The notes below the pieces were generated by a model that was not told where the DNA came from, searched no databases, and saw nothing but the letters and a program-made list of their open reading frames with translations. A stretch of DNA of 64,000 nucleotides from Candidatus Krumholzibacteriia bacterium (GTDB taxonomy: Bacteria; Krumholzibacteriota; Krumholzibacteriia; JAJRXK01), in contig JBGPIA010000014.1 in assembly GCA_041484665.1 (NCBI GenBank), positions 59,309 through 123,308 on the forward strand, given 5' to 3'. Position 1 is the stretch's first letter. The number at the start of each line of letters is the position of its first letter. This document shows positions 1 through 9,800 of this stretch, piece after piece. The translations under genes and the position numbers were made by a program.

Positions 1-67
1 GAATCTGGTCTCATGGCAGAAGGGGAACAGGTTTTCGCATGTGGCGCTGCCCGGCCACGAGGCGCCG

Positions 68-183
68 ATCCGTCTCCGTTGCGCCCCTGTCTGTGGCCGC
101 GCTGCCCGGGTCAGTTGTCGCGCCGGCGGGGTCCGTCATTACGCTGGCGGGGTCGGTCGCCGCGCCAGCGGGGTCCGTCGCAT
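68..183. repeat. Degenerate 21-bp tandem repeat, about 5-6 units, intergenic
   Basis: Units such as ggtccgtcattacgctggcgg and ggtcggtcgccgcgccagcgg recur with a 21-nt period. Confidence 0.6.
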
Positions 184-401
184 CAACGCCCCCTTTTGTG
201 GCTGCCGCGTGTCCTCCACGGGGGACATCCGTGGACGGGGCTGTTGCACGGAGTTGACAATTGCCGGCGCCGGCTCGCGTAAGTCGTGGCGCGGCTGAAG
301 ATTCTGGCCGAGGCCGTCTTTGGGGCAGCCGTGGCACGCCCGCTGCGATGGGAACGCTCAGCAAGCCGTCGCAGCCTTCACCCCACAAGGAGGGTCGAGC
401 C

Positions 402-1067
402 ATGAGAGCCAAGGGCATCCGCGCTACGAAGACCGCCCTCGCGCTGGCGCTCGGCGCCGCGCTACTGGCCGCCGCGCCGCCGCTCGTTCCCACGGCCGCA
501 GCGGACCGTGGCCGCTCGCGTCGGCACGATCGCGGCCACCAGCATGTCACGGTCGCCGCTCCGTACTCCCGTCCAAGCGTGGTCGCACCCGGCGCCTGGG
601 CTGCCTTGGGCGCGCGGTACGCCCGGCCCGCCGTGATTGCGCGGTACGCCCGGCCCGCCGTGATTGCGCGGTACGGCCGGCCGGCCGTTGTCGCTCGCTG
701 CGCCCGACCCGTATTCGCGCCGTGTCCCGTGGCCGTCGTGCGGCCGCGCTTCGTCGTGGCTCCGCGCTCCGCGTTCCGCGTAGTCGTCGCACCAGAGCGC
801 TCCACATGCCGCGGGTCGTACGCCGACGTTGACTTCGTCGAGGTCGATGGCAGCCGCTACTACTACAACGCAAGCTTCGGCTTCTACCTGGGAGGCCTCG
901 CGCTGAACGTCCAGGTGAACAGCCGGCCCCCCGACGGCTACGCCTACTATGATCCCTACTGCGGGCGGGAGTTCTCGTCGCTGGACGATTATCGCCACCA
1001 CCTCCACGCCCACAGTCACCCGCAGGCCCTGACGCTGGTGCGGGCGGACTACGCGGACAACGACTGA
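402..1067 (+). CDS. Hypothetical exported protein with ARYARPAVI repeats and a His/Cys C-terminal motif
   Basis: AAGGAGG Shine-Dalgarno before ATG402; signal peptide (MRAKGIRATKTALALALGAALLAAA); 27-bp tandem repeat at 612-712; C-terminus YDPYCGREFSSLDDYRHHLHAHSH. Confidence 0.75.
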   Translation: MRAKGIRATKTALALALGAALLAAAPPLVPTAAADRGRSRRHDRGHQHVTVAAPYSRPSVVAPGAWAALGARYARPAVIARYARPAVIARYGRPAVVARCARPVFAPCPVAVVRPRFVVAPRSAFRVVVAPERSTCRGSYADVDFVEVDGSRYYYNASFGFYLGGLALNVQVNSRPPDGYAYYDPYCGREFSSLDDYRHHLHAHSHPQALTLVRADYADND

Positions 1068-1080
1068 GGCGATGCGAGCC

Positions 1081-1230
1081 GATGATCGGGGCAGCTGATC
1101 GGGGTTCGTGATCGGGACCGGCGTTTCGGGTCGACGTTCCAGGCCGACGATCGGGGTCGACATCCCGGGCCGACGATCGGGGTCGACGATCGGAACTTGC
1201 GATCGAGCCCGGCGAATCCAATCGACGATG
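1081..1230. repeat. Degenerate short repeats of a (GTCGAC)GATCGG-type motif, intergenic
   Basis: gatcgggg and gtcgacgatcgg recur many times between convergent genes. Confidence 0.5.
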
Positions 1231-1488
1231 GAAACCGTAGGAGACCGCAGAGACCTGATGAGCTCGCGGAGTCGTTGTGGAGGAGCTGGGGTCGAAGACC
1301 TCAGGGGTGGAGGAACGGCGCGGCCACCAGGCTGCGCCGGGAGAGCGTGGTGGCAGCCAGGGCCCGGCCGTTGAAGGGACTCGCACCTGGGATCTACACC
1401 AGGGTCGACACCCCGATGGAAGGACAACACGGCCGGGTCCTGGTTGGTTCGCGCCAGTTCTAGCGGGTTGGATCGGCCGAGCGTCCGC

Positions 1489-2715
1489 CTACCGCATCGC
1501 GCGGAAAAACGCCCGGATATCCTCCACCAGAAGCTGCGGCTGCTCCTGCGCGGGGAAATGCCCGCCGCGCGGCATGTCCGTCCATCGCGTGACGTTGTAG
1601 CAGCGCTGCGCCCACTCTCGCGGCACGATCAGGTCCTTCTCACCGGGGAACATCGCGATTCCCGTGGGCACCTCAATGCGCAGACCTGGCCCCAGTGGGT
1701 TCGCGTTTGGGTCGTGCCGCGACTCGTAGTACATACGGATCGATGAGTTGATCGTCCCGGTCACCCAGTACAGCGTGACGTTGGTCAGCAGCTCGTCCTT
1801 CGTGAAGCAGCGCTCCACGTCACCGCCGCAATCGCTCCACGCGCGGAACTTCTCCACGATCCACGCTGCCAGGCCTGCCGGCGAGTCGTTGAGTCCGTAG
1901 GCGAGGGTCTGCGGCCGCGTGCCCTGGATATGGTCGTAACCACCCTCCTCGTCCTCCCAGCGTCGCACGCGTTCGAGATAGTCACGCTCGGCCGCGCTGA
2001 GCTGCTCGGGCTGCGGCACGGGATTGGGCCGCAGCAGGTCCACGGTCCACAGATGGATGCCGGCGACGCGCTCGGGATAGAAGAGCCCCAACCTGCTGGT
2101 CACGCCCGCGCCGATGTCGCCACCCGACGCACAGAAGCGGCGGTATCCGAGTACCTCGGTCATGAGCTTTGCCCACAGCGCGTGGACGTGCACACGGCCG
2201 CGGCGCGCTGGCGGCTGCGAGAAGCCGAAGCCGGGCAGCGACGGAACCACCACGTCGAAGGCATCGGCTGGATCGCCGCCGAAGCGTGCCGGATCGGCCA
2301 GCATCGGCACGATCTTCAGCATCTCGGCGAACGAGCTTGGCCAGCCGTGGGTGAGAATCAGCGGCAAGGGCTGCTGGCCAGCTTCTGGCTGTCCAGCCGC
2401 GCCGCGCTGCCCGGCCGCGCCTGACAACCGGCGGCTGCCTGATCCCGGACCTGCACCCCGCTCGTGGACGAAGTGGATGCGCAGGCCGTCGATCTCGGCA
2501 TGGAACTGCGCGAAGCCGTTGAGCGCGCGCTCCTGCGTGCGCCAGTCGAATCCGGCGCACCAGTACGCGACCAGGTCCTGCATGGAGGCAAGGCTGGCGC
2601 CGTAATCCCAGCCTGCGCCCGCGACCTCATCTGGCCAGCGCGTGCGGGCCAGCCGTTCCCGCAGGTCATCGAGGACCGGCTGGAGCACGTGCACCTGGAA
2701 GGGATCGATGCGCAT
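1489..2715 (-). CDS. Epoxide hydrolase (EHN N-terminal domain + alpha/beta hydrolase)
   Basis: MRIDPFQVHV..LDDLRERLARTRWP start; HGWP oxyanion motif; GGDIG nucleophile Asp; GGHF catalytic His. Confidence 0.93.
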   Translation of the reverse strand: MRIDPFQVHVLQPVLDDLRERLARTRWPDEVAGAGWDYGASLASMQDLVAYWCAGFDWRTQERALNGFAQFHAEIDGLRIHFVHERGAGPGSGSRRLSGAAGQRGAAGQPEAGQQPLPLILTHGWPSSFAEMLKIVPMLADPARFGGDPADAFDVVVPSLPGFGFSQPPARRGRVHVHALWAKLMTEVLGYRRFCASGGDIGAGVTSRLGLFYPERVAGIHLWTVDLLRPNPVPQPEQLSAAERDYLERVRRWEDEEGGYDHIQGTRPQTLAYGLNDSPAGLAAWIVEKFRAWSDCGGDVERCFTKDELLTNVTLYWVTGTINSSIRMYYESRHDPNANPLGPGLRIEVPTGIAMFPGEKDLIVPREWAQRCYNVTRWTDMPRGGHFPAQEQPQLLVEDIRAFFRAMR

Positions 2716-3103
2716 AGGGTCGCGGCGTGGGCGCGGGGGGGCCGAGCAGAGCGGGGTGGACGCCGCGCAGAACCAAGCGGCAGTGGTGTCCGTACCCGCT
2801 GGCGCCGCCGGACCGCGGGACCGTCCGTCCATCGCTGCGCCGACGCCAGTGTACGACCCTATTGTACGATGAGCGCGCTGCGACGTCCGCTGCGGAGTCG
2901 GGAGGAGTGCGCGCCGGGGACGGGGGCGGCGTGCCGGAGTGGGAAACGTGGCGCGGCGATGAGCGCGGGACAGGCACGTAGCGGGCAGCACGGGACAGTC
3001 ACATTGCGATCAGCACAGGACGCGCAGTTGGCGATAGGCGCGGCGAGGTGTGACGGCAGCGACACCGTGCGCCGCCTTCGGTCGGCCTGACTGTCAGCTG
3101 CGA

Positions 3104-3406
3104 TCAGAGCTGAGCGTCGTAGGTCTCTGGTACGTCCCGCAGCGCGGCCCGGCGCAGAGTATCGAGCAGCTCGTCGAGCTTCAGACACTGCCGACAGTCG
3201 GCTTGCGTCGAGTCGCAGGGGACCCCATCGGCCTGGACCTTGGGGCACCGCGGCTCCCGCACGAAATCGGCCAGCTCGATCATGAAGCGATCGAGCTTCT
3301 GCCGCAGCGCGCTATCGGATACCTCGCGGAGCGTGCGCAGGAGCATCCACTCCTGGGGCGTGACCGCGACGTACTTCAGGCCTTTCTGCATGACCTGTCC
3401 TTCCAT
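3104..3406 (-). CDS. Small hypothetical protein with 4 Cys (possible metal binding)
   Basis: Protein-like composition; CPKVQADGVPCDSTQADCRQC. Confidence 0.65.
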   Translation of the reverse strand: MEGQVMQKGLKYVAVTPQEWMLLRTLREVSDSALRQKLDRFMIELADFVREPRCPKVQADGVPCDSTQADCRQCLKLDELLDTLRRAALRDVPETYDAQL

Positions 3407-3544
3407 GGTCGAGACAAAACCCGGATCGCGCGCGCGCCAGGCTCCGGCTCAACAAGGGGGTCCAGCTCGAAGGTAGTCATCGGACGGCGCGGAACCAAGC
3501 CGGAGGTTTCCCCAGGATTTCGCGGGAATCTTGAGGGTTTCTCC

Positions 3545-3573
3545 TTGACGGGGGGCCTCTCATAGGATACACT
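3545..3573 (+). promoter_or_regulatory. Sigma70-type promoter for the HNH gene
   Basis: TTGACG-N17-TACACT, 45 nt upstream of ATG3619. Confidence 0.7.
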
Positions 3574-3618
3574 TGTCTTTACGTTGCACGACCTCGCCTC
3601 CCAGCTTGGAGTGCAACC

Positions 3619-5970
3619 ATGCCGTCGCTGCTGCGGCCCCCGGGGCCGCCGGATCCCTGCGGCCCCCGCGGGGAAACCCTCGGCCTGGTCCTCTCGCCCC
3701 CACCGACCCCCGCGCCGTCGCGGTCCGCTGACTGGATTCGCCTGCTGCTGCCGTCCGCCGGCAGTGCGCGAGCTTCCGCGCAGGCCGCTAACGCCGCGCT
3801 GTGGCAGCGCTGTGCCAAGCTCGTCTCGGAGCCCTTGCAGTTGCGCGCGGAGCTCTGCCGACTGGCCGCCCGATTTGCCGACATCGAGGGCCGGCGCTGG
3901 CTGGCCTACTCCAGCCGCTCCGACTACGCCGTCGAGCGGTTGGGGATCTCCGGCGGAGCCTTCTGCGATGCGGTGGGCGCCGGCCGGCTCTTCGCGCGCT
4001 GTTCCGCCGCGCAGCACGCGTTCCTCACGGGTTGCGCGAGCTACGCCGTCGTCGTAGAGCTGGCGCGCGTCCACGACCCGGCGTTCGTCGAGTCCCTGCT
4101 GCCCCGGGTGCACGGGCTGACCCGCAAGGAAGTGCGAGCGGCGATCCAGTGGGTGCTGGGAGATGAGCAGCGCGCCTGCGGTGGCGACTGCGAACGGCCG
4201 GATCGCGGCGGGGTGGCAGGTGACACAGTGGCTGTCGCGGGCTCCGACTGCGAACGGCAGGATCGAGGTGGGGCGGTCTGTGCACGTACGGACGATGCGG
4301 AGGCCGACTGCGAACGGCCGGATCGAGGTGGGGCGGTCTGTATAAGTAGGGACGATGCAGAGGCCGACTGCGAACGGCCGGTTCGCCGACTGGTGCCCGA
4401 CGCCCCGCCCTCCTTTATGCGCATCCGCTGGGACGGTCCCGCACTCCATGTGCACGTTATCGAGCGGACGCTGCAGTTCGCCTCCCTGCTCCTGGGCCGC
4501 GATGCCCCCCTGGACCAGCTGCTCGCCGCCATGGCGGCCGAGGCCAGCACCGAGATCGAGATCACCGTATCCGCCGAGGAGGCCTGCCGCCGGTTCGGCG
4601 TCCGCCTGCATGCCGAGGGCACCGACCTCGTGTCCCTGGCCCGGCGGGCCGCGGCCCACGGCGCCACCCAAGCTGACGCGACCGATGCCGCCGCAGCGCG
4701 GGCCGCCGACGCTTCCTCCGCTGGCGGCGCCCTCGCGGCGCCGGTTACCTCCATCGCCGCCGCCCGCCCCGCCGGCACGCATCCCTGCGCCCTGCCCCCC
4801 GAGCTCGTCTCCAACGCCCCAGCCTGGAAGCTCGCCGACGACCACCCCCACCGTCAGCTCGCCCACGACCTCGACGCCCGCATGCGCGAGCTCGTCGCCA
4901 CACTCAATCGCATCCAACTCTGGATCGAAGACGAGCTGCTCGCCCTCCTGGAGGAGGGCGCCCACGGCGAGCTCGGCTACCCCAGCTTCGAGCGGTTCTG
5001 CGCCAAGTGCCTGGGCATCCCGCGGCGCACCGCCTGGGAGTCCGTCGACCGTGCCCGCCGCCGCCGCCGCAACGACCCCGTGGCCTGCGCCCACGCCGAT
5101 GGCCGCATCTCCACCGTCCAGTCCGACCTGCTCGACACGCTGCAGTCCCGCGACCACGTGCCGTGGTCGGCCATGGGTCCTTGGATCGACCTGGCCCACA
5201 AGGTCACCGTCCGCTGGCTGCGCGACGCGGTGCGCTGGGCGCGCGGGCAGGTCCTCACCGATTACCGCGCCTGGTCGCTGGGGGGGTATCCACCCCCCAC
5301 GGAGGACCAACTGCGAACGGCCGGTTTGGCCCTGCAGCGGATCGTGGAGGATCCCATGCTTCCCGACCCGGCCAGCCTGCTGCTGGCCGGCAGCCTCCAG
5401 CAGGCCCACGTGGACTGGTGGGTGGAGACGGACAGCGGACTGCTCCTGCTACAGATGGCGGCCTCCATCCAGGACAGCGCCGTCCGCCAGGCGCAGGCAG
5501 ACTGCGCACCCCGAGCAGACAGCGCCGCCCTCACGCAGAGCGCGGAGCTCGCCCGCCTGCTCCCTGCACGCCCGCCCCTGTGGTGGGCCATGGACAAGAT
5601 CGCCGACCTGGCGCGCGTGGCCTGGGCTCCCCTCGTCCTGCAGAACACCCACGACAGCCACCCCATCCTCGAGCGCGAGCTCTACCGTTGCGCCGCACCG
5701 GGTTGCACGTGCCGCCGCATGGAGGACCACCATCTGCACTACAAGGGCCGGGGCGGTGACGACGTCCCGGACAACCGCGCCGCGCTGTGCCCCTTCCACC
5801 ACCGTCTGGGCGAGCACGGCGGGCTGTTGCGCGTGCGCGGCCGCGCCCACCCCGACGCCCGCACGCTCGTGTGGGAGATGGGCATCGACCCCCAGGGCAG
5901 GCCCAAGGAAAGGTTCCGCGGAGATTGGAGGATAAACCCCGAACGCGAGGCGGAGAGTGCCGACGCGTGA
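3619..5970 (+). CDS. DUF222-like protein with C-terminal HNH endonuclease domain
   Basis: C-terminal CAAPGC..EDHHLHYKGRGG..NRAALCPFHH (HNH with Zn ligands); two helical DUF222-like segments (YSSRSDYAVERLGIS; GYPSFERFCAKCLGI). Confidence 0.8.
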   Translation: MPSLLRPPGPPDPCGPRGETLGLVLSPPPTPAPSRSADWIRLLLPSAGSARASAQAANAALWQRCAKLVSEPLQLRAELCRLAARFADIEGRRWLAYSSRSDYAVERLGISGGAFCDAVGAGRLFARCSAAQHAFLTGCASYAVVVELARVHDPAFVESLLPRVHGLTRKEVRAAIQWVLGDEQRACGGDCERPDRGGVAGDTVAVAGSDCERQDRGGAVCARTDDAEADCERPDRGGAVCISRDDAEADCERPVRRLVPDAPPSFMRIRWDGPALHVHVIERTLQFASLLLGRDAPLDQLLAAMAAEASTEIEITVSAEEACRRFGVRLHAEGTDLVSLARRAAAHGATQADATDAAAARAADASSAGGALAAPVTSIAAARPAGTHPCALPPELVSNAPAWKLADDHPHRQLAHDLDARMRELVATLNRIQLWIEDELLALLEEGAHGELGYPSFERFCAKCLGIPRRTAWESVDRARRRRRNDPVACAHADGRISTVQSDLLDTLQSRDHVPWSAMGPWIDLAHKVTVRWLRDAVRWARGQVLTDYRAWSLGGYPPPTEDQLRTAGLALQRIVEDPMLPDPASLLLAGSLQQAHVDWWVETDSGLLLLQMAASIQDSAVRQAQADCAPRADSAALTQSAELARLLPARPPLWWAMDKIADLARVAWAPLVLQNTHDSHPILERELYRCAAPGCTCRRMEDHHLHYKGRGGDDVPDNRAALCPFHHRLGEHGGLLRVRGRAHPDARTLVWEMGIDPQGRPKERFRGDWRINPEREAESADA
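4185..4385 (+). repeat. 60-bp tandem repeat (3 units plus a partial fourth) inside the HNH gene
   Basis: cgactgcgaacgg at 4185, 4245, 4305 and 4365; encodes DCERPDRGG-type repeats. Confidence 0.9.
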
Positions 5971-5998
5971 CGACCGTCTCCGAGCCGGGCTGGCCGCT

Positions 5999-6028
5999 TT
6001 GACACCCGCGCATCGGAGCGCATACAAT
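5999..6028 (+). promoter_or_regulatory. Sigma70-type promoter for the 6107/6822 gene pair
   Basis: TTGACA-N18-TACAAT. Confidence 0.7.
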
Positions 6029-6106
6029 CAAGGTGTTATCTGCGACGAGCAGCCGGGCGCCCCCTGCGCGGCTTGCCCCTGAGGTCCCTCCTTACCCTGA
6101 GGTCAG

Positions 6107-6775
6107 ATGATCATGGCCGGATCGCGGACTCGCGCACCGTTGGCTCCCCTCACTACCCTGCTGGTCCTGCTTGCCGCGGGCCTGCTGTTCGCGGCGGCCC
6201 TGGCGGTCGCTTCGGAGAAGGACTCTCCTGCACAGGACGCCTCTGCGCCAGCGGCCCAGGACCAGGGCACGGCTTCCCAGCCGGCGACCACCGATGCGAA
6301 TGGCACCCCGGCTGCCGCCCCCGCGAGCTCCGGCACCGCCGGCACGCAGCACATGGCGGGGCAAGCCATCTCGCCCACCGAGGGCTCACCCGCGGAGGGG
6401 GCGTCCCCCGAGGGGTTGCCCGCGCCGGGCGCCCTCGCGTCCCAGCAGCGGCCGCTGACCCCCATGCACGCAGAGATCCAGCGCGTGATCGAGGACGAGA
6501 AAGCCGCCGTCGCCGCGCTCCAGGCCCGGTTCGAGCAGACCAAGGACCCCGTCACCGCGATGGAAGTCCAGAAGCAGGTGCAGGACACGAAGATCCAGAC
6601 CGAGATCACCATCCTGCAGATCCAGGTGCGCTACGCGCGTCAGGAGGGTCACAACGACGTGGCCACCCAGCTCGAGTCCGCGATCAAGGAGATGACCACG
6701 CCCAAGGCGGCCGGCACGCCGATCGATCGCCCGGCCCCGCAGCAGACTCCGGCCCGCGGCTCGCAGCAACACTAA
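6107..6775 (+). CDS. Exported hypothetical protein with low-complexity linker and coiled-coil C-terminus
   Basis: Hydrophobic signal peptide; heptad-like helices EIQRVIEDEKAAVAALQARFEQ; GC3-rich codon usage. Confidence 0.8.
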   Translation: MIMAGSRTRAPLAPLTTLLVLLAAGLLFAAALAVASEKDSPAQDASAPAAQDQGTASQPATTDANGTPAAAPASSGTAGTQHMAGQAISPTEGSPAEGASPEGLPAPGALASQQRPLTPMHAEIQRVIEDEKAAVAALQARFEQTKDPVTAMEVQKQVQDTKIQTEITILQIQVRYARQEGHNDVATQLESAIKEMTTPKAAGTPIDRPAPQQTPARGSQQH

Positions 6776-6821
6776 CCGGTCGCACGGCCAACACCACACC
6801 CGAGCGACAGGAGAACCAGAT

Positions 6822-9800
6822 ATGCGCATTGGCAACGGTGCCAACCCCTGGAGCCGCGCCGTAGGCCGACTCCTTTCCCATGCCCCTGCGGCGTGCACGC
6901 TGCCGGGAATTGCGCGCAGACTCGCGCCGGAATTCGAGCCGCAATCCACGTTCCGATCCGCGTCCCCACCCGCGTCGCGGATCGCTCGACTGTCGCTGGG
7001 CCTGCTCGCGGTGCTGGGGGCTTCGCTCGCCGCCGCCCCGCAGGCGCACGCCGACCTGGCGCCGCCGATTCGCGTCCGTTTGGCGCGCCCACCCCATCCC
7101 GCCGAGGCCTCCAAAGCTTTCAGCGACACGTTGATCATCACTTCGCTGCAGGCCGGTGAGATCGGCAACCTCCGCCTGGAGAGCGACGGCTTCAAGGCCA
7201 TCGCGTTCGAAGCTCCGATTGCCAAGAAGCTCACCGCGCAGAGCGAGCTGCGCGTGCCGTTCACGGCCACCGTGCAGAACGCCGACCAACCGCTCGGCGT
7301 CTTCATGGAGCTGGACGGCTGGCCGTTCGCGACGTACATCGACCTGTCCCAGCACGCGTTCGAGCTGAGCCAGCATCCGCTGCCGGTGCAAAAGGTCCCC
7401 GACTCGCAGGTGACGCCCTTCCCGGGCGTGAACGAGTCCCTGACGCGGCCGGCGCTACCGCCCCCGCCCCCGCAGAATGCGCCCACCGAGGCGCAACGCG
7501 CCGCGCAAGCCCAGCAGAAGAGCGGCGGCAACCCAGGCGAGGCTCAGCCGACGCACTCCCGCTGGGTTCGCGTGCACGGCCGCTTCGTCTACCCGCGGTC
7601 GGACGGTGTTACGATCGGCGCCGACGGGTGCGGCGTGTACGTCTACGATGACGACAGCCCCTTCGGACCCGAACTACTGGCCTCGGTAGCCACCGACGCG
7701 TTCGGCTACTACGACGTCAGCTTCTACTGGAACCCCTGCGGCATCTTCTGCGACTCCGAGCCGGACATCTATATCTTGTTCGAGGCGACCAACTCCAGGG
7801 TGGAGGTCACGAACACCGGCGGTAGCCGCTACCGTTGGCAAACCGGCACCACGAACGATTACGATGGGGCGGACATCGACTTCGGGTGGCTCCAGCCGGG
7901 CAATCCGGCGGACTTCCCGTCGCTGCACATCCTGACCGACCTGACCCGTACCTGGCGCTGGCTGCAGAACCGCGGCTACGACTGCCCGCAGGTGCGCGGC
8001 GTCTGGCCGGATGGCGCGACGGGCGCCTACTACAACGGCGACCAGATCCACGTGGGTGTCGACCGCCAGTGGCGTGAGGACACGCACTCCCACGAGTTCG
8101 GGCATCACTTCATCGGCCACTTCGCCACGCAGGTCAGCCCGGACTACTGCAACGGGATCTGCGACAGCCCGGGACCCCCGGTCAGCTGCGGCCATTGCAT
8201 CTGGTGCCGCGAGACCGACCACGACGCGTACTCCGAGGGCTGGCCCAACTGGCTCGCCGACATCCTGACGCGCTCGTACGCCGGCCAGTACGGCATCGCG
8301 TCACAGTTCTTCCGCAGCCAGGAGAGCCTGAGCACCTGCAGCGGGACGCTCGACGACCCGCTGCGCACCGAGGGCTTCCTGGGAGCGGTGCTGCGCGACA
8401 TCGAGGACAACACGCAGGACGACCACCCCGAGTTTGCGCAGGGAATCGACGCCCTGGCGCTCGGGGAGGGCCCGATCCTCACCGTGGCGGATCTCGACGC
8501 GCCCACGACGCCCATGGGCTTCCTCAACTCGTTCAAGGCGCGCTATCCGTGGCTCAACGAGCCGCTGTGGCAGACGGCCAAGAACTGCGGTTACGAGATC
8601 GACACCGCCAACCCTAGCTACGCGACGAGCATCAGCTCGAGCCACGCGCTGTTCAGCAGCTCGGCCGACCCCACGGTCGATTTCTACTGGACGCGGGCCA
8701 CCGACGACTGCTCGGGAACGGCCGGCTACAGCATCGTGATCGCCGGTGGGTTCGTGTTCCCCGACGCGTCCGCGGAGATCGGCAACGTGACGAGCTACAC
8801 GACCGGGATCCTCGCCCCGGGGACGTACTACTTCAACATCCGCGCCGTGGACAACGCCGGACGCTGGTCCGGCTCATACAACGCGTACGGGCCCTTCACC
8901 ATCCGGCCGCCGGAGCCGGCGAATCTGACGTACTACACTCCGGGTGGGTGGACGTATCCGCTGACGCCGCGTGGCGCCGCGGACGCGGCCTCCAACAACG
9001 TCCCGGTGCCGGCGACGTTGCCCGGCAATAGCCCCACCACCTACACCAACCTCGCCGGAATCAACAACGGCGAGTCGCCGGCCTCCGCGAACTTCTTCGG
9101 GTACGTCTACGTGGACGACATCTTCAACGTGTGGGTGGAGTGGGCTCCCCTGCCGGCGGGCTGGTGGTACTACGGAACGAACCTCGTTCCGATCACCGTG
9201 CCCGGAGGCCGCCACACCTACGGGATGCGGGCGGATGCCAGCGACGCCATCTCGGAGACCAACGAGTACGACAACGTCTGGGCGCACCAGTGGGTGTGGA
9301 CCCCGCTGTCGATCGGCAGCGGCGTCGACGTCGTGCGCAGCGCCCCGTCGCCCCGCCTGGCGGGAGCGGGCTGGGTGGTCGATGGATCGCCGTTCTACTA
9401 CAACTGCGACGGCCTGCGGCTCGACTCGGAGTACTGGTGGACCGTGGCCTACGGTTACTCCCAGAACATGTCGGAGGACTACGATCTCTCGCTGCACAGC
9501 CCCTCGGTTGGCGCCCAGGATGGATTCGGCCCCAACCTGGCCTACTCCGGGCGGCTGGCGGGATGCCTGGACGCGGTGATCGCCAACCTGAATACCACGC
9601 CCTATCAGCAGTACGACGTCGGCGTGATCAACTGGAACTCCGGCTCGAGCAACTACCGCGTGATGCAGACGCGCAACAATTACATCGCCGTCGATGACTC
9701 GTTCCCGGTCGCCTTCGCCCAGGACGAGATGCTGAAGATCTGGGAGTGTTATATCCCGCCGGACAAGGTTGGACCGGTGAGCGTGACGGTGGACCTGGCG

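Noticed and set aside
1..40. Possible start of a minus-strand gene leaving the window (ATG at 14)
   Set aside because: Only a few codons are visible; cannot be supported
254..285. TTGACA upstream of the first gene
   Set aside because: No acceptable -10 element at 16-18 nt spacing
4185..4385. CRISPR array interpretation of the 60-bp repeats
   Set aside because: In-frame inside a CDS, second and third spacers nearly identical, no cas genes or leader
3376..5409. Long antisense ORF of 677 aa, and similar ones at 8874-11345, 17964-20891 and 36348-38858
   Set aside because: Shadow ORFs of high-GC coding strands with no recognisable motifs
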